Shown: piece by piece, positions 1 to 8,552 of the stretch
How positions within the stretch are numbered: the first letter of the stretch is position 1
Layout: every line of letters starts with the position of its first letter
Assembly: GCA_039714075.1 (NCBI GenBank)
Contig: JBDLKA010000018.1
Coordinates: 1 to 49,951 of the forward strand
DNA from: Candidatus Krumholzibacteriota bacterium
Lineage (GTDB): Bacteria > Krumholzibacteriota > Krumholzibacteriia > LZORAL124-64-63
Reading direction: 5' to 3'
DNA: 49,951 nt
Position numbers and translations under genes: made by a program
Notes under the pieces: generated by a model
Seen by the model: only the letters and a program-made list of their open reading frames with translations
What the model was told of the DNA's origin: nothing
The model's database searches: none

Positions 1-623
1 CCCCACTGGTCGTTGCCGCCCATCTGCAGCCGGCAGCCGTGGTCCCGGTTCAGCACCATGAAATCGTAGGCCTGCAGGATCATGTAGTTGAATTCGATGA
101 AGGACAGCCCGGTCTCCATGCGCGATTTCACCGAGTCGCGGGTCAGCATCTGGTTGACGCTGAAGTACTTGCCCACATCGCGCAGGAAATCCAGGTAGCC
201 GTAATCCTTCAGCCAGTCGGCGTTGTTCAGCATCATCCCGTCGTTTTCACCCGTTCCGAAACGGATGAACCGGGCAAGCTGCCCCTTGATGCCCTGCAGA
301 TTCTTTTCGATGGTCTCGAGGGTCATCATGTTGCGCAGCTCGGTCCGGCCCGAGGGGTCGCCCACCATGGCCGTCGCGCCCCCTACGATGGCGATGGGCT
401 TGTGACCGTGGTTCTGCAGGTGCACCAGGCCCATGATCGGCAACAGGCTGCCCACGTGCAGGCTGTCGGCGGTGGGGTCGAAACCTATGTAGCCGGTGGT
501 CGGTTCACCGGCCAGCAATCCGGACAGACCCTCTTCATCGGTGCATTGTTCGAAAAAGCCCCGCCACTTCATTTCCGCGATGAAGGAATCGAACGCGGGA
601 GTCTTTCCTTGCTCGGTGCTCAT
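1..623 (-). CDS. tyrS: Tyrosyl-tRNA synthetase, N-terminal part (runs off window start; absent from ORF track)
   Basis: Manual translation from ATG at 623: MSTEQGKT...GYIGFDPTADSLHVGSL (HIGH-like)...LQAYDF...LQMGGNDQWG, all diagnostic TyrRS motifs. Confidence 0.96.
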   Translation of the reverse strand, partial: MSTEQGKTPAFDSFIAEMKWRGFFEQCTDEEGLSGLLAGEPTTGYIGFDPTADSLHVGSLLPIMGLVHLQNHGHKPIAIVGGATAMVGDPSGRTELRNMMTLETIEKNLQGIKGQLARFIRFGTGENDGMMLNNADWLKDYGYLDFLRDVGKYFSVNQMLTRDSVKSRMETGLSFIEFNYMILQAYDFMVLNRDHGCRLQMGGNDQW

Positions 624-667
624 TGGTTGCGCCACCCGTTGGATTGAATTCCGTTGACGTGGAAATG

Positions 668-774
668 ACCGGCGCCGCCCTCGAGGCCGCCCGCCCTCAC
701 GGTGGTCCTGACAAGTCCTGACCCGAAGGTCGGCCTTCCACCATTGAACGGACGGACTCCAGAACGGCGCCGGT
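668..774 (-). ncRNA. Candidate structured RNA (long irregular hairpin) between aroA and tyrS
   Basis: Terminal 10-bp inverted repeat ACCGGCGCCG/CGGCGCCGGT; inner stems whose mismatches are G-U pairs only on the minus strand; C(UUCG)G tetraloop. Confidence 0.5.
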
Positions 775-2078
775 TAAAGCAATTGGGCGAGTGTCTTGAA
801 AAAGTAGGGATAGGATACGGCGACACAGGCCTCGTCGTCCAGTACGGTTTCGCCTTTTGTCACCAGCGCGGCGACCGCCATGGCCATGGCGACGCGATGG
901 TCGCCGGCGGTGGTCAGGACCAGCGGCCGGTCGGTGTCGCCGCCGGTCAGCGGTGTCGGTCCGGTGATCTTCAATCCGTCTTCAAGTTCGACAACATTGG
1001 CGCCGAGTTTTTTCAGGTTGTCCGCCATCACCGCCAGCCGGTCGGATTCCTTGACGCGAAGTTCCCCCGCCCCGGTGATGGAAGTTTCCCCGACCGCCTG
1101 CGTGGCCAGGACGGCCAGCACCGGAATTTCATCGACCAGACCGGGAATGTCGGGCGCTGTTATAGCAAAGGGCCGCAATTTGTTATGCGACACCCTGACA
1201 TCGCCCAGAGGCTCGCCGCCCGGCGGTCCGCTAGGCCTTTCGATGGCCACCGCGGCTCCGGCGCGACGCAGGACGCGCAGGCATCCGGTCCTGGTGTAGT
1301 TCAGGGACAGGCCGGGCGTCAGGATGTTCGAGCCGGGCACCAGCGCCGCGGCGACATGGAAAAAAGCGGCGGAAGACGGGTCGCCGGGAACCCTGATGTC
1401 GAACCCGCTCGGAACCGCCGGACCGTCGATCCCCAGCTCGCCCGTTGCCGCATCGTCATCGCACCGGACACCCATCGTGTTCAAAAGAAGTTCCGTGTGG
1501 TCCCGGGACCCGCCGGCGCCGGCAACGGTCGTGCGCCCCTGCGCGAAAAGGCCGGCCAGCAGCAGCGCCGATTTCACCTGGGCGGACGCGACCTTGAGCT
1601 GGTGGTCGGTGCCCTTGAGTTTCGCCCCCCGGATGCGCAGGGGAAGGCGTCCCTCTTCTTCGACCCACGAGATGTCCGCGCCCATGGCCCGCAGCGGATC
1701 GACGATGCGGTTCATCGGGCGGCGCGAAAGCGAAGGATCGCCGGCGAGAACCACTCCCTCGGACCCGGCCGGCAGCCATCCGGCCAAAAGGCCGGCCAGC
1801 AATCGGGCGGTCGTGCCGCTATTGCCGCAGTCGATGGTCAATGATTCGGAGGGGGGTGCGGCGGGCGGTGAAATTCCCAGAACTCCGTTGTCGAGCGAGA
1901 CTTCCGCGCCCAGCGCCTCGACGGCGGCCAGGCTCGCGCGCGTGTCCTCGCTGTCCAGCCACCCCGCGGCGCGGCAGGGTCCGCCGGCGATCAATCCGAA
2001 AAGGGCGGCGCGATGGGAAATGGATTTGTCCCCGGGAACGGAAACATCACCGGAAAGAGAACCGTATGCGCGCGACAA
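774..2078 (-). CDS. aroA: 3-phosphoshikimate 1-carboxyvinyltransferase (EPSP synthase); true start may be the in-frame CTG at 2090
   Basis: Motifs PGDKSISHR, DCGNSGTTARL, SAQVKSA, ELRVKESDR, DHRVAM. Confidence 0.97.
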   Translation of the reverse strand: MSRAYGSLSGDVSVPGDKSISHRAALFGLIAGGPCRAAGWLDSEDTRASLAAVEALGAEVSLDNGVLGISPPAAPPSESLTIDCGNSGTTARLLAGLLAGWLPAGSEGVVLAGDPSLSRRPMNRIVDPLRAMGADISWVEEEGRLPLRIRGAKLKGTDHQLKVASAQVKSALLLAGLFAQGRTTVAGAGGSRDHTELLLNTMGVRCDDDAATGELGIDGPAVPSGFDIRVPGDPSSAAFFHVAAALVPGSNILTPGLSLNYTRTGCLRVLRRAGAAVAIERPSGPPGGEPLGDVRVSHNKLRPFAITAPDIPGLVDEIPVLAVLATQAVGETSITGAGELRVKESDRLAVMADNLKKLGANVVELEDGLKITGPTPLTGGDTDRPLVLTTAGDHRVAMAMAVAALVTKGETVLDDEACVAVSYPYFFKTLAQLL

Positions 2079-2114
2079 CAGTCTGTTCAGGGCGGCACCT
2101 CCGGAAAGCCGGGA

Positions 2115-2165
2115 TCACCCCAGTGTGTCGGGGTCGCCGTGATGGAAAAACGGGATGTCCGTCAT
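2115..2165 (-). CDS. Putative 16-aa leader peptide MTDIPFFHHGDPDTLG, in frame with aroA
   Basis: ATG preceded by GGAG at 9 nt; tandem Phe codons; TGA stop followed by a hairpin covering the aroA SD. Confidence 0.4.
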   Translation of the reverse strand: MTDIPFFHHGDPDTLG

Positions 2166-2283
2166 GTAGTCACACTCCAGCCCGCGGAAAAAACTTCGCC
2201 GCCGGGCAACCAGTCCTTTGATGGTGTCGCTCCTAAATGTAAGTTACCGGAATCCGATGTGAAACCATTGTGTGGAAAGAATC

Positions 2284-3720
2284 ATGACCAACACGCCGGA
2301 ACAGGACAACAGACAGAACGTGGACGGCCGCCCCCGTGGCGGGCGGTGGTCCATCTTCCATGTGTTCCACGGCCGCGAGATCCTGGCCCTGGCCACACCC
2401 ACCATCCTGACCATGCTGTCCCAGACCCTGATGTGGACGGTCGACACGGCCCTGCTCGGGCGCGTCAACAGCGTGGCCCTGGCCGCGGTGGGCCTGGGCG
2501 GCATGCTGACCTGGGCCACCTATTCCCTGTTCAACAACCTCAGCCGCATCACCGGCACCTTCGTCTCCCAGGCCCACGGACGCCGGGACAACGAGAGCGT
2601 GGCCCACTATGCGTGGCAGGGCGTCTACATCGCGGTCTTCACCGGGATCATCCTGCAGGTCCTGGGCTATTTCAGCTACACCGTGCTGCCCTGGACCCGC
2701 AACCCGGCCGACGTCCAGGAACTGACCTACGTCTACATCAAGTGGCGGAGCCTGAGCGCCGTCTTCACGCAGCTCACCTTCGCCCTGATGGGCTTCTTCC
2801 AGGGCCGGCGGGACGTCAAGATTCCCATGTACGCGGGCATCATCGGCAACGCGGTGAACATGGTGCTGGACGTGTGGCTCATTTTCGGCTGGAGCGGTTT
2901 CGAACTCGGCGGACGGACGTGGCTGGCCGTGCCGGCGATGGGCGTCAAGGGCGCGGCCATCGGCACCAGCGTGGGCACCTTCCTGAACGCCGCCGCGCTG
3001 GCCTGGTGGGCGCTGACACCCCACCTGCGGGAAAAATACCGGATCCACAAGATCCGCCGCCCCGACTGGCAGGCCATCGGCAACATGATCCGCGTCGGCC
3101 TGCCCGCGGCCTGGGAAGGCTTCATCGACATGGGCGGCTTCCTGATGTTCACCATCTTCGTGGGCACCGCGGGCGCCGTGCAGCTGGCCGCCAGCCAGAT
3201 CACCATCCAGTTGCTCTCGTTCAGCTTCATGCCGTTATGGGGCCTGACCACGGCCGCCAGCGTTCTGACGGGCAACTGGATCGGCGCCGGCCGGCCGGAC
3301 ACCGCCGCCCACTACGGCCGGCAGACCTACAAGCTGGGCACCTACTATTCGCTGCTGCTGGCGGTGGTGATCATCCTGCTGCGGCATGAGCTGTTCAAGA
3401 TCTTCACCAACGATCCCGAAATCCTGGCCCTGGGCGCGGGGCTGGCGGTCTCGGCCGCCATCTTCCAGTACTTCGACGGGATCCGCATGCTCAGCAGCGG
3501 CATCCTGCAGGGGGCCGGCGACACCCGTTACACCATGCTCGTGACGCTGATTATCATGTGGGGCGGCTTCATTCCGCTGACCTGGTACCTGATCGTGGTC
3601 CAGGGCGGCAACGTGATCGCGGCCTGGTACGGGGCCTCGGTCTGCTACCTGGCCCAGGGCGTGCTGATGTGGCGGCGATTCCAGTCGGGGAAATGGAAGA
3701 AGATCGAGATTTTCCGGTGA
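2284..3720 (+). CDS. MATE family efflux transporter
   Basis: About 12 hydrophobic segments; motifs LALATPTIL...VDTALLGR...ALAAVG and GILQGAGDTRYTM. Confidence 0.92.
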   Translation: MTNTPEQDNRQNVDGRPRGGRWSIFHVFHGREILALATPTILTMLSQTLMWTVDTALLGRVNSVALAAVGLGGMLTWATYSLFNNLSRITGTFVSQAHGRRDNESVAHYAWQGVYIAVFTGIILQVLGYFSYTVLPWTRNPADVQELTYVYIKWRSLSAVFTQLTFALMGFFQGRRDVKIPMYAGIIGNAVNMVLDVWLIFGWSGFELGGRTWLAVPAMGVKGAAIGTSVGTFLNAAALAWWALTPHLREKYRIHKIRRPDWQAIGNMIRVGLPAAWEGFIDMGGFLMFTIFVGTAGAVQLAASQITIQLLSFSFMPLWGLTTAASVLTGNWIGAGRPDTAAHYGRQTYKLGTYYSLLLAVVIILLRHELFKIFTNDPEILALGAGLAVSAAIFQYFDGIRMLSSGILQGAGDTRYTMLVTLIIMWGGFIPLTWYLIVVQGGNVIAAWYGASVCYLAQGVLMWRRFQSGKWKKIEIFR

Positions 3721-3743
3721 TTGCCGCTGCCCCGGCGGGATAA

Positions 3744-3772
3744 TTGACCGTCCTTGTCCATTGTGATACAAT
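3744..3772 (+). promoter_or_regulatory. Sigma70-type promoter with extended -10
   Basis: TTGACC (3744-3749), 17-nt spacer, TACAAT (3767-3772) preceded by TGn. Confidence 0.7.
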
Positions 3773-3778
3773 GCCTTC

Positions 3779-3870
3779 ATTCGGTTGGGGCCGATATGGT
3801 TGAAGCATTATTCGCCCGATCCACATATCCAAATGTCTGCTCAGCCATGGCCCCCCGGGGGCCTTTTTTT
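3779..3870 (+). ncRNA. Candidate riboswitch/attenuator leader or small RNA
   Basis: Lies between the promoter and an intrinsic terminator; mutually exclusive hairpins (see findings). Confidence 0.55.
3849..3870 (+). terminator. Intrinsic terminator
   Basis: GGCCCC-CCG-GGGGCC followed by T7. Confidence 0.75.
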
Positions 3871-3914
3871 GGGCCTTGAACGGATATATGGATCGGATAT
3901 CAGGGAGGTTGCTT

Positions 3915-4580
3915 ATGAAGAGACTGTTATTTCTTCTCCTGGCAGGATCAATACTCATGTGGCCTACAATGCCCTTTGCCCAAGGATCCACCAACCTCAT
4001 GGGGCTGGCGGCCGAACCCATTTGGGCCGAATGGTGCATCGAGGGTCCCGGACATCAGGTGTACCAGGCCTACCTCTACATCCAGAACCCGGTGAATCCC
4101 GACTTCGGGACCGGTGGCGGGGAGAATCCCGTTTCCTGGATCAACGGGTTCGAATGCCGGCTGTGGATTGAAGGTGACGCTACCGTGGTAGGTTGGTCCT
4201 TCCCCGTCGATGCCATCGACGCGGGGACCAACGGGAACACGGTGGTGGGATTCGCCCAACCTGTCCCCGTCGTCGACGGCAGGGCCATCGTGGCGACCCT
4301 GGATATCTTCCTGGGAAACCCCGGCAAGAACGTGGTGCTTTCGAAGCAATCACCTACGCCCTGCGACCAAGCGACCGCTTTAGTCCATTTGTCGCCCACC
4401 CGGCCTGCATCAAGCATCGAGGGCATGATGTCCTATCTGGATGCGGACGATCCGGTCGACCCTTTGGTGGGAGCCGTCCCCTTTTGGGCCATTCCGGAGG
4501 ATATCGTCCTGCTGCTCGAGGCCCAGGTCGTGGACGTGGAACAGCAAGCCTGGGGAGGTATCAAGGCACTCTATCGTTAA
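3915..4580 (+). CDS. Secreted beta-rich protein with C-terminal WGGIKALYR motif
   Basis: SD GGGAGG at 3903-3908; signal peptide MKRLLFLLLAGSILMWPTMPFA; ends VEQQAWGGIKALYR. Confidence 0.85.
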   Translation: MKRLLFLLLAGSILMWPTMPFAQGSTNLMGLAAEPIWAEWCIEGPGHQVYQAYLYIQNPVNPDFGTGGGENPVSWINGFECRLWIEGDATVVGWSFPVDAIDAGTNGNTVVGFAQPVPVVDGRAIVATLDIFLGNPGKNVVLSKQSPTPCDQATALVHLSPTRPASSIEGMMSYLDADDPVDPLVGAVPFWAIPEDIVLLLEAQVVDVEQQAWGGIKALYR

Positions 4581-4615
4581 TGTCGTGTTGATGTCCTGAA
4601 CCGGGAGGCGAGGAA

Positions 4616-5026
4616 ATGCAAACCGTGAAACTGATTCTGAACGCGTTGGTGATCGGCGCGCTCAACCTCGCCTCCTTCCTTATCGGATTCTGGATTTTCA
4701 GTCTTTCGGCCCGAGGGGAACAACGTCTGATCCAGGGCACCGCGGCCATGGTCGTGGCCGTCCTCCTGGTGGCGTCGTGGCTGGTCCTGTTCCGAAAGTT
4801 CAACCGGCTGCAGGTTGAATTCGATTACATCCGGGTTTTCCTGCTGGTGTTCGTCTGCACTCCTGTGCTATTCGTGCCCGTCCATTACGTGATAACCGGG
4901 TACCTCACGGGAATCGGGAACATCCTGGCCGTCGCCGCCTACCAGTTTCCCATGAATGCTCTGGCCCTGGCCGTCGCCGCGGCCATCCTGCGGCGCATGG
5001 AAAAGGCCCCCCGGGGGGCCTTTTAA
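4616..5026 (+). CDS. Hypothetical membrane protein (about 4 TM)
   Basis: SD-like GAGG; four hydrophobic stretches. Confidence 0.75.
   Translation: MQTVKLILNALVIGALNLASFLIGFWIFSLSARGEQRLIQGTAAMVVAVLLVASWLVLFRKFNRLQVEFDYIRVFLLVFVCTPVLFVPVHYVITGYLTGIGNILAVAAYQFPMNALALAVAAAILRRMEKAPRGAF
5001..5024. terminator. Bidirectional terminator-like perfect palindrome
   Basis: AAAAGGCCCCCCGGGGGGCCTTTT at the junction of convergent genes. Confidence 0.65.
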
Positions 5027-6985
5027 TCAGAACACCTTGCCCACCGTGCCGGTGAACAGGATCCCCGGCATCATGACGCCGGGGATTTCCTCGTAGCGCC
5101 GGTCCAGCAGGTTGGTGCCCGTGACCCCGGCGAACCATCCCGACCGATGTTTCCAGTCCAACCTGCTGTCCAGAACGAAGAACTCCCGGAAGTCGGCCGG
5201 CCCCCCGGTATGTTCCAGGTAACGGCCGGTGACCGTCCAGGACAGGTTCAGCGGCAGCACGGCGGTTCCTTGGGCCGTCAACGCGTGACGGGGCACCAGC
5301 AGGGAATATTTCCCCTCGAACCCGGGCGAGAATTCACTGTCCTTTTCCAGCCAGGTCCACCCGACGGTCACCCCGTGTCCCCGGCCGTGCCGCCAGCCGG
5401 CGCCTGCCTCCACCCCACGAACGGTGCCTTCGGCGATGTTCAACACCTGCCAGACGGGGTCGCCGACCAGACGCGCCCACTCGATCCGGTTGGTCTCGTA
5501 TCGTTCGAAGTAGGACGCGTAACCGATCCAGGGACCGCTGTCCATTTCCAGGCCCGCATCCCAGGTCCAGCCCTCCTCCGGTTTCAGGTCCGGATTGCCG
5601 ATGTTGGATGGGTCCTGGTAGTAGAGATCGGTGAAGGTGGGAATCCGGTACACATTGCCAAGGCTGCTTCGCGCGGTCAGGGAGCCACCAAGATCAAAGG
5701 ACACGGCACCTGTCCCGGCGAAACGAGGCGTGAAATCATTCCGCGCGTCGACGCGCCCGCCGACCTGCCAGCGCAACCGGCCACCGTTGTCGTCCACCTC
5801 GACCGAAGCCGAAACCCGGCGCCGCAGGTGCCGGCCCAGGGCTTCGCCCCAGACACCGGCGCGCATCCCGCGGCTGTCGATGTCCTCGTAGACCCCTTCA
5901 AGGCTCAAAGCCATGGCATGCCTGCCGCCCAGGTCCACGATCCCGCGCATTTCCGCGCCCATCTTGCGGGTCAAATGGTCGTTGGTGTAAGCGTCGGGAT
6001 TGTCTCGGAACAGGATGAACAGGTCCTCGTGGCGGCGGTAGAAGAAGCGGGGTTCCAGGGTGAGCCGGTCGCCGGCATCGAACCGGTAGAGGCCCGATAC
6101 GAACCGGGTGCGGGTGCGTTCGGTCGAAGGATACGGAGCGTAGAAATCCAGGGCCCCGTACTGCCGTTCCGCGATTCCGCCGAACAGATCCAGTTCGCCT
6201 CCGGGTTCGCCGCTGACCAGGCGCCCGGTCACCGTCCCGGTGTCGGCGTCGTTGCCGCCCCAGGCCGTCGTGCCGTCTTCCTGCAGGACATCGTAGCCGT
6301 CGGTGTGAAACCGCTCGACCGAAATCCGGCCGGCCGTATGGCCGCTTCCCGCCAGGTCCACGCTACCCCGGGCTCCCCAGGTTCCGTTGCCGCCGCCCAG
6401 GACCGCGGCCTCGCCCCCGGTGCGGTCGGCCGGACGTTTGGTGACGACGTTGACGGTGCCTCCGAAAGCCCCCGCACCGTACTGCACCGAACCCTGGCCC
6501 GGCAGAACCTCCAGGCGGGCGATGTCATGCCGGCCGATGGGCAGATTCATGAGGTGGTGACCGGTCTGGGGATCGCTGACGTCGAAGCCGTTGAGCAGCA
6601 TCTGCACCTGGTCGAAGGTGGAGCCGCGGATGGTCAGGTCGGACTGGACGCCGTACTGCTGGCGCTGGCTGACCACCACGCCGGGCACGGTCTGCAACGC
6701 CTCGGCGGCGGAACGAGCGGGTGCCCGGTCGAGATCGTCCGCGGTCAGGATGCTGACCGTTCTGACCAGCCCAGGCAGGGCGGCCGGCACGCGGGAGCCG
6801 ACCACCTCCATCGTTTCGGCCACCCACAGGGTGTCGCCCTGAATGACGACGAAGTGGGCCCACTCGACGGTGGAATCCGCCTGTGCAACCGCGGGTTCGG
6901 TCTGTGCTAGAGCGGATCCGGGGAGGAAAAAGGCCAGGGCGGTCAGAACGACCGCCCCGCGCCGGAACAGGGAAACGAGAGACAT
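5027..6985 (-). CDS. TonB-dependent outer-membrane receptor (BtuB-like)
   Basis: Signal peptide MSLVSLFRRGAVVLTALAFF; plug motifs IRGSTFDQVQMLLNG and IARLEVLPG; GNPDLKPE; NLLDRRY; terminal Phe. ORF-track start at 7327 overlaps the MFS gene, so ATG 6985 was used. Confidence 0.92.
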   Translation of the reverse strand: MSLVSLFRRGAVVLTALAFFLPGSALAQTEPAVAQADSTVEWAHFVVIQGDTLWVAETMEVVGSRVPAALPGLVRTVSILTADDLDRAPARSAAEALQTVPGVVVSQRQQYGVQSDLTIRGSTFDQVQMLLNGFDVSDPQTGHHLMNLPIGRHDIARLEVLPGQGSVQYGAGAFGGTVNVVTKRPADRTGGEAAVLGGGNGTWGARGSVDLAGSGHTAGRISVERFHTDGYDVLQEDGTTAWGGNDADTGTVTGRLVSGEPGGELDLFGGIAERQYGALDFYAPYPSTERTRTRFVSGLYRFDAGDRLTLEPRFFYRRHEDLFILFRDNPDAYTNDHLTRKMGAEMRGIVDLGGRHAMALSLEGVYEDIDSRGMRAGVWGEALGRHLRRRVSASVEVDDNGGRLRWQVGGRVDARNDFTPRFAGTGAVSFDLGGSLTARSSLGNVYRIPTFTDLYYQDPSNIGNPDLKPEEGWTWDAGLEMDSGPWIGYASYFERYETNRIEWARLVGDPVWQVLNIAEGTVRGVEAGAGWRHGRGHGVTVGWTWLEKDSEFSPGFEGKYSLLVPRHALTAQGTAVLPLNLSWTVTGRYLEHTGGPADFREFFVLDSRLDWKHRSGWFAGVTGTNLLDRRYEEIPGVMMPGILFTGTVGKVF

Positions 6986-6996
6986 GGGCAAGGTCC

Positions 6997-8472
6997 TCAG
7001 GTTGTTTTTGGTTTCGGCTTGGCGTGCCACACCCGCAGCGCCAGCACGAACCCGATCAACGCCAGGGGTATCATGGCGATGGGCCAGGCCCGCCAGTTGG
7101 CCGGATCCGTGGCCGCGCCGATGATGTTTCCGGCGGCGTCGAGCTCTTCCTTGGGCAGGACGATGGCGTAGGTGAACGACATCACCGCGGTGCCAAGGTA
7201 GACAAACCCGTCGATGATTCCAACGGCGATGCCCACATTTCTCGTCCCGCCGAAATCCATGCTCGCGGTGCCCGACAGCATGCCATGCACGCCGATCACC
7301 GCCATGGACATCAGAACCACCAGCCAACCCACGATGGGGGATGTATAGGAGAAGGTCAGCGCCACCGCGCCGATCAGCATGAACCCGTAAAGGACACCCG
7401 CCACCGGACCCCTCCGGGACTGGAAAACGTGATCGCTGATGCTCCCGGCGAACAGGCCGCCGAAAATCCCCGCGAAGAAAAGCAGCAGACCCCAGTTGTC
7501 ATACACGAAGCTGGATTTCAGGCCCAGCATCCCGTCGGTCTGCTTGGCGAAGGTCCGGAACCACTGCATGATGGCCTGGCGCAAAAAGCCGCTGCAGAAT
7601 TCCACCCCAGCGATGGTCATGATGATGGGATTCGTCAGCATCATCTTGAACACCTTGACCGCCCCGAGGGGCGGTCCCTCGTCACCGCTGGTGGCGTCGC
7701 CGGTATTGAAATCCGTCAGGCCCGCTTCGGCGGGGGAATTGCGCACCACCCGGAAGTCGATGAGCCAGAACACGGCCAGCAGGATCGTCGGCACCAGGAA
7801 CACCCACTCCAGGCCGAGATTGTTCAGGATCTTGTAGCCCACATCGAAGGCCAGGAAAATTCCCAGGGAGATCAAAATACCGAAGATGGCGCCGAACACT
7901 CCCCGCTCGCGCACGTGGAACCAGGGCGCGTTCACCTTGACGATGGCCACCGCGCCGAAACTCTGGAAGTACATGTTCACGGCGTAGAGGACGGAAAACA
8001 CCACCACGAAGTTCGTGCCGAGAAAGCCGTACAGGGGTCCTTCGTGCAGCAGGGAGAGAGAACACAGTCCCATCAGCAGGTTGGCGATCAGGGCCCCGCC
8101 CGTACCGACCAGCATCGAGAAACGGCCGCCCTTGCGGTCGGTCAACGGGCCGTTGATCAGGAAGGAGAACCCGTAGACCACGGTGCCCACGCCGAAGATG
8201 ATGCCGAAGGCGTCGTTGCCCATCAAGGGGCCGCCGGACGCGTCCTGCATGCTCTCGAAGGCGAACTTGCTGACCTTCAGGTTGTAACGGCCCATGTACA
8301 GCAGTGCGTAGGTCAGTCCCAGCGGCAGCCAGTTCTGGATCCGCCGGCGCAGATAACCATCATCGTGCCCGACATCCACCTTGGGCAGCATCTTCAGCAC
8401 GACGGTGACGATGATCAGGCCCACGACGATGGGGAAAAAATCAATGATCCAGGAGGGCATGGAAAGCTCCAT
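6997..8472 (-). CDS. MFS transporter, GlpT/UhpC (organophosphate:Pi antiporter)-like
   Basis: YALLYMGRYNL, GPLTDRKGGR, WFHVRERGVFGAIF, AVGIIDGFVYLG. Confidence 0.85.
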   Translation of the reverse strand: MELSMPSWIIDFFPIVVGLIIVTVVLKMLPKVDVGHDDGYLRRRIQNWLPLGLTYALLYMGRYNLKVSKFAFESMQDASGGPLMGNDAFGIIFGVGTVVYGFSFLINGPLTDRKGGRFSMLVGTGGALIANLLMGLCSLSLLHEGPLYGFLGTNFVVVFSVLYAVNMYFQSFGAVAIVKVNAPWFHVRERGVFGAIFGILISLGIFLAFDVGYKILNNLGLEWVFLVPTILLAVFWLIDFRVVRNSPAEAGLTDFNTGDATSGDEGPPLGAVKVFKMMLTNPIIMTIAGVEFCSGFLRQAIMQWFRTFAKQTDGMLGLKSSFVYDNWGLLLFFAGIFGGLFAGSISDHVFQSRRGPVAGVLYGFMLIGAVALTFSYTSPIVGWLVVLMSMAVIGVHGMLSGTASMDFGGTRNVGIAVGIIDGFVYLGTAVMSFTYAIVLPKEELDAAGNIIGAATDPANWRAWPIAMIPLALIGFVLALRVWHAKPKPKTT

Positions 8473-8552
8473 CGGTTACGGGAAACCCAGAGGTTTGATT
8501 GCCGGCCATGATACCCCCCGCGGGCGGAAGGCACCAGCCACAAAATGAGCCG

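Noticed and set aside
668..774. tRNA/tRNA-Sec, SRP RNA, 6S RNA or T-box identity for the hairpin
   Set aside because: No TpsiC arm or cloverleaf, no SRP GGAAGGAAGCAGC helix-8 motif, no large 6S-type central bubble, and no T-box UGGNACC motif with terminator.
6986..7327. N-terminal extension of the TonB-dependent receptor in the ORF track
   Set aside because: It overlaps the MFS coding region; a proper signal peptide starts at ATG 6985.
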